Shown here: positions 29,214 through 40,443 of the stretch, in pieces
Layout of the letters: each line of letters begins with the position of its first letter
Position numbering within the stretch: the first letter of the stretch is position 1
Origin: an uncultured Chloroflexia bacterium
GTDB taxonomy: Bacteria > Chloroflexota > Chloroflexia > QHBQ01 > JADMIH01
Length of the DNA: 64,000 bases
Direction: 5' to 3'
Assembly (NCBI GenBank): GCA_963797095.1
Contig: CAWCNY010000006.1
Span: 768,001-832,000, forward strand
Translations under genes and position numbers: made by a program
Notes under the pieces: model-generated
What the model saw: only the letters and a program-made list of their open reading frames with translations
The model's database searches: none
Told to the model about the DNA's origin: nothing

Positions 29214-29708
29214 CTAATCCGCGATCTTAATATAAGAAGCTGTCTCCCACTTCGCAGGATCTGGCTCATCGGCGGGATTCGTCAGCGACAATTCGTATCG
29301 CGAGCGGAAAGCGTCGCCATTCGGGTCGTCCCACCTGTCCCACTCCAGCCCATGCGCTCTCGCCCATTTGATCAGGTCATACGTGGCCGGGATGGCGTTT
29401 TCAATCCCGGTGAAGACCATTGTCGCATAGTTCCCCTCGGGCAGCACCTTTGACTGTACCTGGCCATCTCCTTCAAATGGACTGCCCACTATCCACCCCA
29501 GGTCTATATCCATCAGTTTTTCCATGTCGATCACATTGTATCGGATCACGGGTGGTCCCGAAGGCTCGATTCCCCTCTCCTTCAGCCAGCCCATCACCAC
29601 CCCATGCAGTCGTGGTATCACCTCCCCAAACTCCGAGATCGGCACCCGTATATTGATGCCCGCGTAATTCAGTTCATCTCTGTGCTCAACCTTTGGCTCT
29701 GTGTGCAT
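29214..29708 (-). CDS. GyrI-like small-molecule-binding domain protein
   Basis: PSGPPVIRY, LPEGNYA, LIKWAR and YELSLTNP pattern typical of GyrI-like domains. Confidence 0.8.
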   Translation of the reverse strand: MHTEPKVEHRDELNYAGINIRVPISEFGEVIPRLHGVVMGWLKERGIEPSGPPVIRYNVIDMEKLMDIDLGWIVGSPFEGDGQVQSKVLPEGNYATMVFTGIENAIPATYDLIKWARAHGLEWDRWDDPNGDAFRSRYELSLTNPADEPDPAKWETASYIKIAD

Positions 29709-29772
29709 AGCTTTCTCCTGAATTGATATAGTCGCGTCCGCCTTGGCACTACTGGTCGGTCCTCTCATTTGG

Positions 29773-31005
29773 CTAAAACTCTATAATAGGTCTGCGCTCT
29801 GCCGCCACCTGTTCAACCAACTCCACCCCATACTCAATCCCCGGCAAGGCGTGCATTTCCCCCTGCAACCTCTCCACGTTCTCCCTGTATTTCGGGTTGC
29901 CCAGCACCTCCTCTACCACCTCACAGATGCTCGCGGGCGTAAGCTGATCGTCCTGCACCACCCTCGACATGCCCATAGCCTCGGCCACCTCGGCGTTGAA
30001 GAACTGGTCGGCAATCAACGGCACGATCACCGTCGGCAGCCCTGCATCTATTGCTTGCAACAGCGTATTCGTGCCGCCGTGCATCACCATCAAATCGCAC
30101 TTCGGCAGCAGCAAGCTCTGCGGTATGTATTGCTTTATATGCACGTTCTCCGGTTGTGGGCCGAACACCTCAGGGTCCTGTCCCTTCCCAAGTGTCACAA
30201 TCAAGTTGATCGGCACATCCCTCAACCCGTCGATAAGCGTCTTCATCACGCGCGGGTACAGAGTAGGCTCCCGATTTATCTCAGTGCCCAGCGTCAGATA
30301 TACAGTAGGTTGGTCGGGCAGGTCGTCTATCCAGGCGGGCAAACTCTCGCCCGCCGAAGTGTCGTAGAAGTCGGGACGCACATAGTGGGTGGTCGCCGGG
30401 ATCTCGCCTGTTTGCCACCTTGGTCCCAGTTCGTGCGTGCTGAAGCTCGGCGGCGAAAACGAGATCAGCAGGTAGCGAGTAAGCGCGTCCATTTTCGGAT
30501 CAGGCTCCAGCCCGAATGCCTCCCGCGTAGGATCGAGGAACTTCGCCCCCTCCCGCTCAAACACCGTCATTCCCTTCAGCGACGCCGCGACGGCCACCGT
30601 CACATGCGGCAGCCCCAGGTGCTCGGCGGCCATCACCGCCCTGTACGATCCTGCCTCGTTCACAACTACGTCGGCTCCCCAGCTACGACACGCCTCTACA
30701 AGCTGGGATGTGCCCACGCGCGCCCCTATGCCCATAAATAGCCGGGGGTAGGCGTATATCTCGGTCTCCAGGCCGACAGGCATCTTGTCCAGTTCGTCGC
30801 GTATCGCCTGATAGTCAGGGTCGGCGTTCCTGTCTATCCTGGTCAGAACAAACGGCATATCGATGCCTTCGAACTTCTCTTGCAGCGCTTCGCTCCCGGC
30901 AAAGGCTACCTCGTGCCCTGCCTCGCGCAAAGCCCGCGCCAGCGGCATCAGAGGGTGCAAATGCCCGTACCCTGCCACCGAGCTGAACAGGAATCGCTTC
31001 TTCAT
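29773..31005 (-). CDS. GT1 family glycosyltransferase (MGT/UDP-glycosyltransferase-like)
   Basis: Motifs GHLHPLMPLARAL, VYLTLGT, YIPQSLLL, HGGTNT and PLIADQ. Confidence 0.9.
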   Translation of the reverse strand: MKKRFLFSSVAGYGHLHPLMPLARALREAGHEVAFAGSEALQEKFEGIDMPFVLTRIDRNADPDYQAIRDELDKMPVGLETEIYAYPRLFMGIGARVGTSQLVEACRSWGADVVVNEAGSYRAVMAAEHLGLPHVTVAVAASLKGMTVFEREGAKFLDPTREAFGLEPDPKMDALTRYLLISFSPPSFSTHELGPRWQTGEIPATTHYVRPDFYDTSAGESLPAWIDDLPDQPTVYLTLGTEINREPTLYPRVMKTLIDGLRDVPINLIVTLGKGQDPEVFGPQPENVHIKQYIPQSLLLPKCDLMVMHGGTNTLLQAIDAGLPTVIVPLIADQFFNAEVAEAMGMSRVVQDDQLTPASICEVVEEVLGNPKYRENVERLQGEMHALPGIEYGVELVEQVAAERRPIIEF

Positions 31006-31099
31006 TCCTTCTGCTCCACACTCAGCCTGACCACTTCCCTCAATACCCGCTCCAACTTGGTCCTTTTCGACCCTATCTCACCGCACATTGCAGCAAATC

Positions 31100-31945
31100 T
31101 CATCTCGAAACGGTATTAGTGCCCGCGCCCACCTCAGCAGTTTTGCCGCCCACGCGTATCACCCACACATCGACCGGCTCATTACGCCCCTTCACCTCAA
31201 GCCTCCGCCTCTCCATTCCATCCCTTGATAGCCCGGCCGCGACACGCGTTGCCTCCGTGACAAGTATCTCTCCCGCCGAGGCCAGCGAAGCGAGTCGTGC
31301 TGCCAGGTTCACGTCATCCCCCAGGGCTGTAATATCAGTGACGCCCGACGTACCGACCGCCCCCACAAACGCGTGCCCCGTGTGAATACCCACCCCGACG
31401 GGCACCCATGGGCCCTCGGTCGTCGCGTGTCCCGTCGCGCTCAATATCGCCCTGGCCCCCTCCAACGCCGTCTGAGCGTGCTTGTCTCCCGTCAGCACAG
31501 GCACAAATAGCGCGATCACCTCATCCCCTATCAGCCTGTCTATCAATGCGTCCACTTTCAGCAGCTCATGTGTAACAGCGCTGTAGAACCGCGCGATCAG
31601 CGCCGAAAAGCGCGCCGTGCCCAGGCTCTCTGCAAGCCTGGTAGAGCCTCGTATATCAGCGAATAGCAGCGATAACGGTATCTCAGCGCCGCCCGGATGT
31701 TCTTCAGCAAAGCGCTCGCACGAGTTGCATATGTTAGGGTTCATCTTGGACGGCGCTTTGTCCATAAAGCGCATGATAATGCGGCCCGGCCCGCGGAATG
31801 GCGCTGCGCACAGCTTGCATCTCGGCGATGCAGGTATAACGCTGAATACCTTGCGTGCTCGCTGAAACGCAGACCCGGTCTCGCCCATCATGAACACGCG
31901 CCATATCTCGTTTATGCGCGCCTGTTCTTCCGCCGACTTATCCAT
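31100..31945 (-). CDS. class III adenylate/guanylate cyclase with N-terminal CxxC...CxxC motif
   Basis: Motifs LFADIRGST, IGDEV, GVGIHTG and GDDVNLAARL; CKLC and CNSC upstream. Confidence 0.88.
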   Translation of the reverse strand: MDKSAEEQARINEIWRVFMMGETGSAFQRARKVFSVIPASPRCKLCAAPFRGPGRIIMRFMDKAPSKMNPNICNSCERFAEEHPGGAEIPLSLLFADIRGSTRLAESLGTARFSALIARFYSAVTHELLKVDALIDRLIGDEVIALFVPVLTGDKHAQTALEGARAILSATGHATTEGPWVPVGVGIHTGHAFVGAVGTSGVTDITALGDDVNLAARLASLASAGEILVTEATRVAAGLSRDGMERRRLEVKGRNEPVDVWVIRVGGKTAEVGAGTNTVSR

Positions 31946-32120
31946 TTCTTTCCCTCATGTTCGGACTTGTTTTCTGCTTCAGGCAATAAAAGATCGTAAT
32001 AACTAATGCAAAGATCCCGCGCGCTCAACTGCGAGACTAAATAGTGCTAACAGTATGGCAGCGCGTACCTGCTCTGTCAATGCCGCCAACGAACAGGCCA
32101 ACAACATTTCGCACCCGCCT

Positions 32121-32341
32121 ACTAAATCTTGTGCCAAACATACTACCCTGGACCCTTGAAGAACAGAACTTTTGTGCGGTATAACATGTATAACTCCTAC
32201 AACATATTGTGGAAAACTAATCCACAAATCCCCCTTCCAAACTAAATGTTGTGGAAAAACCCCTTGACTCCTCATATCTTGTAGCCTAAGATTTGCAATA
32301 CAACATCTTGGGTATGAGATATGAGACCTACAAAATATAGT
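32121..32341 (+). promoter_or_regulatory. nrdR-nrdJ promoter (TTGACT 32264, TAAGAT 32287, 17-bp spacer) with about six NrdR-box-like sites
   Basis: ACTAAATCTTGT 32121, ACAACATATTGT 32199, ACTAAATGTTGT 32241, CTCATATCTTGT 32271, ACAACATCTTGG 32300 and ACAAAATATAGT 32330, compared with the core consensus ACWATATATWGT. Confidence 0.75.
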
Positions 32342-32370
32342 ATTTACTGGAAAGCCCAGGGTGCATCACT

Positions 32371-32883
32371 ATGAAATGTCCTTATTGCCACTACGAAGAT
32401 ACGCAAGTAACCGACAGCCGCATGGCCGAGGATGGCTCTGCCATCAAGCGACGCCGCCAGTGCAAGAACTGCGGTCGCCGATTCACTACGTACGAGCGAA
32501 TCGAGCGGATCGGTCTCACAGTAGTCAAAAAGGACGGCAAGCGCGAGGAGTACAGCCGCGACAAGCTCCACAAAAGCATCATGATCGCCTGTACCAAGCG
32601 CCCTGTGCCCGCCGACCGGCTCGAGGAAGCGGTCAACGAAATAGAGGCACAGCTTTTCAGACTGGGCACATCCGAAGTGCCCACCGAAGCAGTAGGCGAA
32701 CTGGTCATGCAGAAATTGAGAGAACTTGATGAGGTCGCCTATATCCGTTTCGCTTCCGTCTACCGCAACTTCGCAGACCTCGAGGAAATGCGAGAAGCCA
32801 TGGAAGGCATGCCAAGCCTCCACCCGGATGACGTAGCGAAAACGGCTAGAAGAGGCGGCAAAAAGGCAAACGGGAGTTCCTAG
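32371..32883 (+). CDS. nrdR: transcriptional repressor NrdR
   Basis: MKCPYC...DSR...[16 protein letters not shown] zinc ribbon, ATP cone and [11 protein letters not shown]. Confidence 0.97.
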   Translation: MKCPYCHYEDTQVTDSRMAEDGSAIKRRRQCKNCGRRFTTYERIERIGLTVVKKDGKREEYSRDKLHKSIMIACTKRPVPADRLEEAVNEIEAQLFRLGTSEVPTEAVGELVMQKLRELDEVAYIRFASVYRNFADLEEMREAMEGMPSLHPDDVAKTARRGGKKANGSS

Positions 32884-32973
32884 TTCCTGGTTCCTGGTTC
32901 CAAGTTTCGACCCACCCAACCAGGAACCAGGAACCAGGAACCAGGAACCAGGAACCAGGAACCAGGAACTCCC
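32872..32973. repeat. mirrored heptamer repeat: inverted (GTTCCTG)n arm and (AACCAGG)x7 forming a long hairpin
   Basis: GGGAGTTCCTAGTTCCTGGTTCCTGGTT...AACCAGG x7 AACTCCC between the nrdR stop and the nrdJ RBS. Confidence 0.92.
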
Positions 32974-32990
32974 GCCCACAGGAGGCACAC

Positions 32991-35900
32991 GTGCATATTC
33001 CACGACACTACACCAAATCCGATGACGCATTCGAGGGGTTGAGCTTCGTTCCACGCACGTCCAAGATCATCAATCCGGACGGCAAAGCAGTTTTCCTGGC
33101 CGAGAACGTCCAGATACCCGAGACATGGGATCAGGTAGCTCTCGATATCCTGGCACAGAAATACTTCCGCAGGGCAGGCGTGCCCAAGGCGCTGAAGAAG
33201 ATCAAAGAAAAAGGCGTTCCAGAGTGGCTCTGGCGCTCCGTCCCCGACGATGCCGCCCTCTCCGAGCTACCCGATAACGAGCGCTACGGCGGCGAAACCA
33301 ACTCGCGCCAGGTGTTCCACCGCCTCGCGGGCTGCTGGACCTACTGGGGCTGGAAGGGCGGCTATTTCTCCTCCGAAGCCGACGCCCGCAACTACTACAA
33401 CGAGATGCGCTTCATGCTCGCCACGCAGCGAGCCGCCCCCAACTCTCCTCAGTGGTTCAACACCGGCTTGCACTGGGCTTACGGCATCGAAGGCCCACCC
33501 CAGGGCCACCACTACGTGGACGACGCCACGGGCGAGCTAAAGAAATCGACCTCCGCCTACGAGCGACCACAACCCCATGCTTGCGCTCGTGGCAACACAA
33601 AGCTTTTCACCTCCCAGGGCGTTTATCAAATCGGCGAAGTGGTAGAGAACAACCTGATCAATCTTCAAGTCTTTGACGGCGATCGTTTTGTCAAGGTGCT
33701 TGCAGTCAAGAATAATGGGGTTCGGCAGATATTCCGGGCCACTTTGCGAAATGGCAACTTCATCGAATTCACTGACGATCACTTGATCCTTACTGCTGAC
33801 AAGCGCAGCAAGGATGGTGGCTCGTATTCCTGGCAAGAACTAAGGACCATTCTTGGCAACAAGGTTCAGCAGATTAGCTTGCAAACGGTTCCCAGCCGAC
33901 TTGAAGCAGAGCTAGCCCTTGCTGAGGTAAATAGACTGTTTGCTGGCTCTGTTGGACAAGGTAAGTCAAATCTCTCGTCTGAGACGATAGGAACTGTCTT
34001 GGGTCAGGAGCAAGAGCCAGGTGCTGATGACTTGGCGGTCGCCAAAGCTGCTCTGGCAGGTTGGATACTTGGTGATGGCTACTATGGCAAATACAATCGT
34101 AATCAAAAGACTACTCTCTTTGGTGCGATCACCATAAATGACGACGAATATGCTTATGTTACTCGACTATTCACAAGCATATTTGGCGAATACAGGACAG
34201 CTGTTCGCCGAAATGTCCACGACCTCTATCGGACCGTGAAACTCGATTCCAAACGAGTTGACAGCTTTGTGGAAGAGTATGAGCTTAACTCTTCTTCCTA
34301 TACAGCCAATGTCCCACAACTCATCTTCAAAGGCTCTATCGCTGAGAAGCGTGCATTCTTGCGCAGTTTGTTTCAGGCTGATGGTTGTGCACGAATTCGT
34401 AAGGATAAAGGCCGAAACTCAGGTGATGTAATTCTATCAACCATCTCCGAAGAACTAGCTCATGACGTTCTCACCCTTCTCCTTAGTCTGGGCATCTATT
34501 CCACCATCTCCTCTTCTGAAGATGCGAGAGAGAATAGAAAGCGTCTCTATCAAGTCTCTATCTCCTATCATTCGGAGCGTCGCAAGTTTGAAGACTTGAT
34601 TGGTTTTGTTTCTTCAGATAAGATCGCCAAACTTCGCCTATTGAACGAATCGGTTGAAGGCAAGACTACGTCAGCATTATCAGAAGAAACCGTGATGTCC
34701 ATTGACTTCATAGGCGAAGAAGAAGTCTACGACATCCAGACCGAAACAGGTCGCTTCCTTGCCAATGGCGTAGTCGTACACAACTGCTTCATCCAGTCGG
34801 TGGACGATGATCTCGTCAACCCCGGCGGCATCATGGACCTGTGGGTGCGCGAGGCCCGCATCTTCAAGTACGGCTCCGGCACAGGCTCCAACTTCTCCAA
34901 CATGCGCGGCGAGAACGAGCCTCTCTCCGGCGGCGGCAAGTCCTCCGGCCTTCTTTCCTTCCTCAAGATCGGCGACCGCGCGGCGGGCGCAATCAAGTCG
35001 GGAGGCACCACCCGCCGCGCCGCCAAGATGGTCATTGTCGACATCGACCACCCCGACATCGAGCGCTTCATCGACTGGAAAGTGGTCGAGGAGCAGAAGG
35101 TGGCCGCCCTCGTCGCCGGCTCCATCATGTGCCGCAAGCACATCAACGCCACCATGGCCGCCTGGCACGCCCTTCACGAAGCTAAAGAAGCCGACAAGCT
35201 CGCAGCCGAGAAAGCCTACAAGAAATCGATCCGCGAAGCCCGAGCCGCAGGCGTCCCCGACGGCCTGATCGCTCGCGGCCTCGCCCTCGCCGAGCAGGGC
35301 GACAAGACCTTCGACTTCCCAATCTACGACACCGACTGGGAGAGCGAAGCCTACGTGACCGTCTCCGGCCAGAACGCCAACAACTCCGTCCGCATGTCCA
35401 ACGACTTCATCGAAGCCGTCCAGCGCGACCACGATTGGCACCTCACTCGCCGCGTCGACAAGAAGGTCTCCAAGACCCTCCCCGCCCGCGACCTGTGGGC
35501 CCGCATAGGCCGCGCGGCCTGGGCCAGCGCCGACCCCGGTGTCCAGTACGACACCACCATCAACGAGTGGCACACCTGCCCCAACGATGGCCGCATCAAC
35601 GGCTCCAACCCCTGCTCCGAGTACATGTTCCTGGACGACACCGCCTGTATCGCGCCTGATACAAGGATCAGCACGCCCAATGGTTTGCGTACAGTAGCAG
35701 AACTATACGCCGCGCAGGAGCATGGCGAAAATGTATTCGTTACTACCGATCTCTATTCCGAACATGACCATCGCCGTATCACTTCTCATCGTCCGGCATA
35801 TGTTACGCAGGTTGGTGAGCGCGAGGTTTACAGGGTAACCCTCCAAGATGGTCGCTCTGTACGTGCTACCGCCGACCATCGTTTCCTGACCGACAAAGGT

Positions 35901-38900
35901 GAATGGAAGCAAGTTGATGAGTTGGCGGTGGGCCGGGATCGCCTCAGCATACGCGAAAGTGGGAATCCCATAGCCTACACATCTTCTGAAGATGATATCA
36001 AGCGCTGGCAGATGCTGGGCTGGCTCACCGGTGATGGCGTCTTCTCGGAAGGCATAGCTGCACTCGTTTTTGGCCCCGATGAAGGCGAAACCGCCCGCCA
36101 GATGGAAGGCGAGTTCAACCGCCTTGTGGCAGATTCTTATGCTCATGTAGCAACTTCTCCATCCTCAGGTAACGACTTTACTTCTTGGCCTGAATACTCC
36201 TCTACGAATACATCTCAGAGCACAACCGGTGTGCTTGAGCGAGCCTCTATTCGAGCTACCGCGCCCTACAAACTCTGTCACATCGGCGTCCAGAAGAGCG
36301 GTGTGATGCAGATTAGCTCGCAAGCGAAGCCTCTCATACAGCACCTGGAGCAGCACTACGGCTTCAAGCAGGGCACAGCTATCCACAAAGATGTGCCTTC
36401 CTCTATTCACCGAGTGGCTGACGATCTCAAAGTTGCTTACCTTCAGGGTCTTTTCTCCGCAGACGGCACGCTCCGTCCTAACTACACCGAGCATGAGGTG
36501 ATGCTGGCCTCATCCTCGCCTGAGCTATTGCGCTCAGTGCAATTGCTCCTGTCCGATTTCGGTATAGTGAGCAGGATCACCTGGATGCACCCCACGGGCC
36601 GCAAGAATCCACAGGGTCAACTCCACATATACAATCAGCAGGCGCGCAAGTTCCTCACTCTCTTGGGCTTCCCTTGCTCGGTTAGCAAGAACGCCCTCGC
36701 ACAGGAGATACTGAGCCAGCCGTTCCACGGCGCTCTCAAGAACCCACGCCCATCTCGTGTAGTCTCTATCGAGGCTGAGGGCATAACTACAGTGTTCGAT
36801 ATTACCGAGCCTGTCACCCACTCATTCATCGCTGAGGGCATGGTCACGCACAACTGCAACCTCGCGTCCCTCAACCTGATGCACTACCTCAACGGCGACC
36901 CCGATACCATCATCGACGTAGAGGCATACAAGCACGCCTGCCGCCTCTGGACCCTCACCCTCGAAATCTCGGTCGCGATGGCCCAGTACCCATCCGAGAA
37001 GATCGCCGAGCTATCCTACCTCTACCGCACCCTCGGCCTCGGCTACGCCAACCTCGGCGCGCTCCTCATGCGCCTCGGCATCCCCTACGACTCCCCTCGC
37101 GGCTACGCCCTCTGCGGCGCTTTCACCGCCATCATGACAGGCGTCGCCTACGCCACCTCCGCCGAGATCGCCTCCGAGTTGGGTGCCTTCAAGCAATTCG
37201 AGGCCAACCGCGACCCCATGCTCCGCGTGATCCGCAACCACCGTCGCGCCGCCTACAACGCCCCCAACTCCGAGTACGAGGGCCTCACCGTCAAGCCCTC
37301 CGGCATCTCCCCCGCCAACTGCCCTCCCGGCCTCCTAGCCGCCGCCAAAGAAGCGTGGGACGACGCCCTCGAAAAAGGCGAGACCTCAGGCTACCGTAAC
37401 GCCCAGGTCACCGTGATCGCTCCCACAGGCACTATCGGCCTCGTCATGTCCTGCGACACCACAGGCATCGAGCCAGATTTTGCCCTCGTCAAGTTCAAGA
37501 AGCTGGCAGGCGGCGGCTACTTCAAGATCATCAACCAGTCGGTGCCGCCCGCCCTCGCCTACCTCGGCTACTCCGACGAGCAGATCGACGACATCATCAA
37601 GTACGCGGTAGGTCACGGCACCCTCAAAGGCTCGCCCGCCATCACCCACGACAACCTCCGCCTGCTCGGCTTCGACGATGCCGCCCTTGAGCGCATCGAG
37701 TCGGCCCTCCCCTCGGCCTTCGAGCTTGGGTTCGCCTTTAGCCCCTTCGTCCTCGGCGAAGAGTTCTGCAAGGACACCCTCGGCCTCACCGACGACCAGC
37801 TAAACGACCGCGCTGGCATCCTTCCCGCCCTCGGCTTCACCAAAGCCGATATCGCCGCCGCCAACGACTACGTGTGCGGCACCATGACCGTCGAGGGCGC
37901 GCCCCACCTGAAGGACGAGCACCTCAACATCTTCGATTGCGCCAACAAGTGCGGTCGCAAGGGCACGCGCTACCTCTCCCCCTCCTCCCACCTCCACATG
38001 ATGGCCGCCGCCCAGCCCTTCATCACTGGCGCTATCTCCAAGACCATCAACATGCCCCAGGGCGCGACCATCTCCGAGATCGGCGACATCTACATGAAGT
38101 CGTGGCGGCTCATGCTCAAGGCCGTCGCCATCTACCGCGACAACTCCAAGCTGTCTCAACCCCTCAACTCGGCCATCGCCGATGACGAAGAAGAAGAGGA
38201 AGAAGAGGCCGCTATCCCCATCGACAAGCGCATCATGGAGATCGCGGCAGCGGGCGCGCAGGCCGTCCAGACCTCCTACATCGCCCGCCGCCAGAAACTC
38301 CCCAACCGACGCGCCGGTTACACCCAGAAGGCCAACATCGCCGGTCACAACCTCTACATCCGCACAGGCGAGTATGTGGACGGACGCCTCGGCGAGATCT
38401 TCATCGACATGCACAAAGAGGGCGCGGCCTTCCGCTCCGTCATGAACTGCTTCGCCATCGCCGTCTCTCTCGGCCTCCAGTACGGCGTGCCCCTCGAAGA
38501 GTTCGTTGATGCCTTCATCTACACCCGCTTCGAGCCTGCGGGCCGCGTGATCGGCAACGACCACATCAAAATGGTCACCTCCGTTATCGACTACATCTTC
38601 CGCGAGCTAGCCATCTGCTACCTCGACCGCCTCGAACTGGCCCACCTCCCCGAAGGCGAGCAGGGTCGTGGCAACTCGGTCCAGAACCTCGAAGGCCCCA
38701 AAAGGCCCACAGTGAACATCGGCCCCGCAACCAAGGCCACCCCCTCCATGCACCTCGCCTCCCCCGCCCACACCAACGGCAATGGTAACGGCAACGGCCA
38801 CGCCAAGGCCCCCAACGGCAACGGCTCCTCCTCAGCCGCCATCACCCTCACAGCCACAGCCGTAGTGCCCAAAGCCTCCACAGCCACAGCCACCCCCACC

Positions 38901-39044
38901 TCTACCAAAACCTCGGCCATAGCCGAAGCCCGCCTGAAAGGCTACGAAGGCGAATCCTGCCGGGAATGCGGCAACTTCACGTTAGTGCGTAACGGTACCT
39001 GCCTCAAATGCAACACCTGTGGGAGCACTAGCGGATGTAGCTAG
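32991..39044 (+). CDS. nrdJ: class II (adenosylcobalamin-dependent) ribonucleotide reductase precursor with two inteins; C-terminal TSCPD-like and Zn-ribbon domains
   Basis: Motifs [15 protein letters not shown]|[26 protein letters not shown]|[31 protein letters not shown] and terminal CRECG...CNTCG. Confidence 0.95.
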   Translation: MHIPRHYTKSDDAFEGLSFVPRTSKIINPDGKAVFLAENVQIPETWDQVALDILAQKYFRRAGVPKALKKIKEKGVPEWLWRSVPDDAALSELPDNERYGGETNSRQVFHRLAGCWTYWGWKGGYFSSEADARNYYNEMRFMLATQRAAPNSPQWFNTGLHWAYGIEGPPQGHHYVDDATGELKKSTSAYERPQPHACARGNTKLFTSQGVYQIGEVVENNLINLQVFDGDRFVKVLAVKNNGVRQIFRATLRNGNFIEFTDDHLILTADKRSKDGGSYSWQELRTILGNKVQQISLQTVPSRLEAELALAEVNRLFAGSVGQGKSNLSSETIGTVLGQEQEPGADDLAVAKAALAGWILGDGYYGKYNRNQKTTLFGAITINDDEYAYVTRLFTSIFGEYRTAVRRNVHDLYRTVKLDSKRVDSFVEEYELNSSSYTANVPQLIFKGSIAEKRAFLRSLFQADGCARIRKDKGRNSGDVILSTISEELAHDVLTLLLSLGIYSTISSSEDARENRKRLYQVSISYHSERRKFEDLIGFVSSDKIAKLRLLNESVEGKTTSALSEETVMSIDFIGEEEVYDIQTETGRFLANGVVVHNCFIQSVDDDLVNPGGIMDLWVREARIFKYGSGTGSNFSNMRGENEPLSGGGKSSGLLSFLKIGDRAAGAIKSGGTTRRAAKMVIVDIDHPDIERFIDWKVVEEQKVAALVAGSIMCRKHINATMAAWHALHEAKEADKLAAEKAYKKSIREARAAGVPDGLIARGLALAEQGDKTFDFPIYDTDWESEAYVTVSGQNANNSVRMSNDFIEAVQRDHDWHLTRRVDKKVSKTLPARDLWARIGRAAWASADPGVQYDTTINEWHTCPNDGRINGSNPCSEYMFLDDTACIAPDTRISTPNGLRTVAELYAAQEHGENVFVTTDLYSEHDHRRITSHRPAYVTQVGEREVYRVTLQDGRSVRATADHRFLTDKGEWKQVDELAVGRDRLSIRESGNPIAYTSSEDDIKRWQMLGWLTGDGVFSEGIAALVFGPDEGETARQMEGEFNRLVADSYAHVATSPSSGNDFTSWPEYSSTNTSQSTTGVLERASIRATAPYKLCHIGVQKSGVMQISSQAKPLIQHLEQHYGFKQGTAIHKDVPSSIHRVADDLKVAYLQGLFSADGTLRPNYTEHEVMLASSSPELLRSVQLLLSDFGIVSRITWMHPTGRKNPQGQLHIYNQQARKFLTLLGFPCSVSKNALAQEILSQPFHGALKNPRPSRVVSIEAEGITTVFDITEPVTHSFIAEGMVTHNCNLASLNLMHYLNGDPDTIIDVEAYKHACRLWTLTLEISVAMAQYPSEKIAELSYLYRTLGLGYANLGALLMRLGIPYDSPRGYALCGAFTAIMTGVAYATSAEIASELGAFKQFEANRDPMLRVIRNHRRAAYNAPNSEYEGLTVKPSGISPANCPPGLLAAAKEAWDDALEKGETSGYRNAQVTVIAPTGTIGLVMSCDTTGIEPDFALVKFKKLAGGGYFKIINQSVPPALAYLGYSDEQIDDIIKYAVGHGTLKGSPAITHDNLRLLGFDDAALERIESALPSAFELGFAFSPFVLGEEFCKDTLGLTDDQLNDRAGILPALGFTKADIAAANDYVCGTMTVEGAPHLKDEHLNIFDCANKCGRKGTRYLSPSSHLHMMAAAQPFITGAISKTINMPQGATISEIGDIYMKSWRLMLKAVAIYRDNSKLSQPLNSAIADDEEEEEEEAAIPIDKRIMEIAAAGAQAVQTSYIARRQKLPNRRAGYTQKANIAGHNLYIRTGEYVDGRLGEIFIDMHKEGAAFRSVMNCFAIAVSLGLQYGVPLEEFVDAFIYTRFEPAGRVIGNDHIKMVTSVIDYIFRELAICYLDRLELAHLPEGEQGRGNSVQNLEGPKRPTVNIGPATKATPSMHLASPAHTNGNGNGNGHAKAPNGNGSSSAAITLTATAVVPKASTATATPTSTKTSAIAEARLKGYEGESCRECGNFTLVRNGTCLKCNTCGSTSGCS
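33582..34784 (+). mobile_element. intein 1 in NrdJ (401 aa) with LAGLIDADG homing endonuclease
   Basis: Begins CARGNT and ends VVHN|C; motifs LAGWILGDG and [10 protein letters not shown]; visibly AT-richer than the exteins. Confidence 0.93.
35646..36854 (+). mobile_element. intein 2 in NrdJ (403 aa) with LAGLIDADG homing endonuclease
   Basis: Begins CIAPDT; block B ATADHRF; motifs MLGWLTGDG and [10 protein letters not shown]; ends VTHN|C. Confidence 0.93.
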
Positions 39045-39075
39045 CTATGTGACATAGCAATCACACCAAGAAACC

Positions 39076-39109
39076 GAGGCGAGCAACAGTTATGACTGTT
39101 GCTCGCCTC
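39076..39109. terminator. 15-bp stem hairpin between convergent genes
   Basis: GAGGCGAGCAACAGT-TATG-ACTGTTGCTCGCCTC. Confidence 0.7.
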
Positions 39110-39151
39110 ACTTTCGACTCTCTAATACGTCTACATCATGACGCTATTTTC

Positions 39152-39529
39152 CTATTTCGAAGTAGATATCGCAGTCACCGAATTTGCTACAACCTCACTA
39201 AGTGGTTCGATAACCATATTGCCAGTCACCGTCAAACTGTATGGAAACGTTTGAGTAACCATTGTTTGAAATGGTGTGCTAGGTTGCATCCATACTGGTT
39301 TGCCTTGGTTTCCCCTACCTAGAGCCTTTTCAATTGCGGCTTCCCGGATGAAGGCAGATAGTTTCATATGCATTTGTTCGGCCCGCCCTGCCACGAGCTC
39401 AAAATCTTCCTGTGCAAACGCCACAGACACTATGCTGCGGCTTTGCTTTACCGGAGTTCTTTCTTCTGCACTAGAAAAATCCCAATTGCTTGGATTTGAA
39501 AGGTCGTCCTGTTGGTTTTTCGCATTCAT
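39152..39529 (-). CDS. putative ribbon-helix-helix antitoxin (BrnA/CopG-like)
   Basis: IVSVAFAQEDFELV...KLSAFIREAAIEK; ATGA overlap with the upstream toxin-like ORF. Confidence 0.55.
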   Translation of the reverse strand: MNAKNQQDDLSNPSNWDFSSAEERTPVKQSRSIVSVAFAQEDFELVAGRAEQMHMKLSAFIREAAIEKALGRGNQGKPVWMQPSTPFQTMVTQTFPYSLTVTGNMVIEPLSEVVANSVTAISTSK

Positions 39530-39828
39530 TCTTTCCTCTCCTTTTTGGTCAGTGCTGTAAGTTCGCTTTCTTTGCAGTACCAGCCTGTCACCGGTCGCCA
39601 TATTGCCTTATCAATTGTCGGTTCGATGGGGATTGTGATACAGGCCCCTCCATTATCTTTTCCGATCAGCAAAAGAGGAGCCCGCCGCCCTTTTCGATTT
39701 GGGACCACAATATGTTTGTTCAGTAATATCTGTGCAACCTGCCGTGGCGTGAGCCTGCGCGACGCAAGTTTGTCCTCATTCTCGTCATCAAAGGCAAATC
39801 CATCGATGAATGATATTGACAGATCCAA
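39526..39828 (-). CDS. putative BrnT-like ribonuclease toxin
   Basis: FAFDDENEDKL, LIGKDNGG and WRPVTGW pattern; small; coupled to an RHH gene. Start uncertain. Confidence 0.55.
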   Translation of the reverse strand: MDLSISFIDGFAFDDENEDKLASRRLTPRQVAQILLNKHIVVPNRKGRRAPLLLIGKDNGGACITIPIEPTIDKAIWRPVTGWYCKESELTALTKKERKE

Positions 39829-39932
39829 ACCACTGTAGTATAATAGCCGCAGAAACACTACAAACCACTACACATCCACGATTGTAGTTAGACATTGGTT
39901 CAATAATAACGCATAAGTGAGCAAAATACAAG

Positions 39933-40397
39933 ATGGAAACTGAAAGAAGCCGAGACATCGCAGACGAAACGAGTGGTGGCATTGATCAAGTAGATTGCGA
40001 ATGGCTCATCTTAGCTGATGGTGCCCAAGTCGCAAACAACAAACTTTACCTAATGGGTGGCGGATGGGATGTATTGACTGTGAATGGAGGATTCCCCGCA
40101 CATAAGCATCTGGGCATTGCCTCCAGCTTCCGAATACCTTGGAACGAGACGAATAGAAAGCACAATATTGAAATTACGATCGCGGACGACGATGCAACTG
40201 AATTGGCCAAGCTAGAGGCCCAAGTGGAGGTTGGTCGCCCTCCGGGTGTACCTTTAGGGCACTCACAGAGAGTGCAACTAGCTCTCGAAACTGTCATGGT
40301 GTTGCCTAAGGCGTGCACGTACGTGATTACCGCGTATATCAATGGGAAAGAAGCTCAGCGAACGACTTTCTTCGTTCGAGCCTTAGCAGCACGCTAG
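39933..40397 (+). CDS. DUF6941-like protein
   Basis: LILADGAQVANNKLYLMGGGWD and IPWNETN motifs. Confidence 0.65.
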   Translation: METERSRDIADETSGGIDQVDCEWLILADGAQVANNKLYLMGGGWDVLTVNGGFPAHKHLGIASSFRIPWNETNRKHNIEITIADDDATELAKLEAQVEVGRPPGVPLGHSQRVQLALETVMVLPKACTYVITAYINGKEAQRTTFFVRALAAR

Positions 40398-40443
40398 TTT
40401 TACTTCTATCGTACAATTTCCAAACACAAAGGAGGTGATTACT

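Noticed and set aside
32000-32990. Cobalamin riboswitch ahead of the B12-dependent nrdJ
   Set aside because: No B12-box or GGGAA core motifs seen; the region is explained by NrdR boxes, nrdR and the heptamer hairpin.
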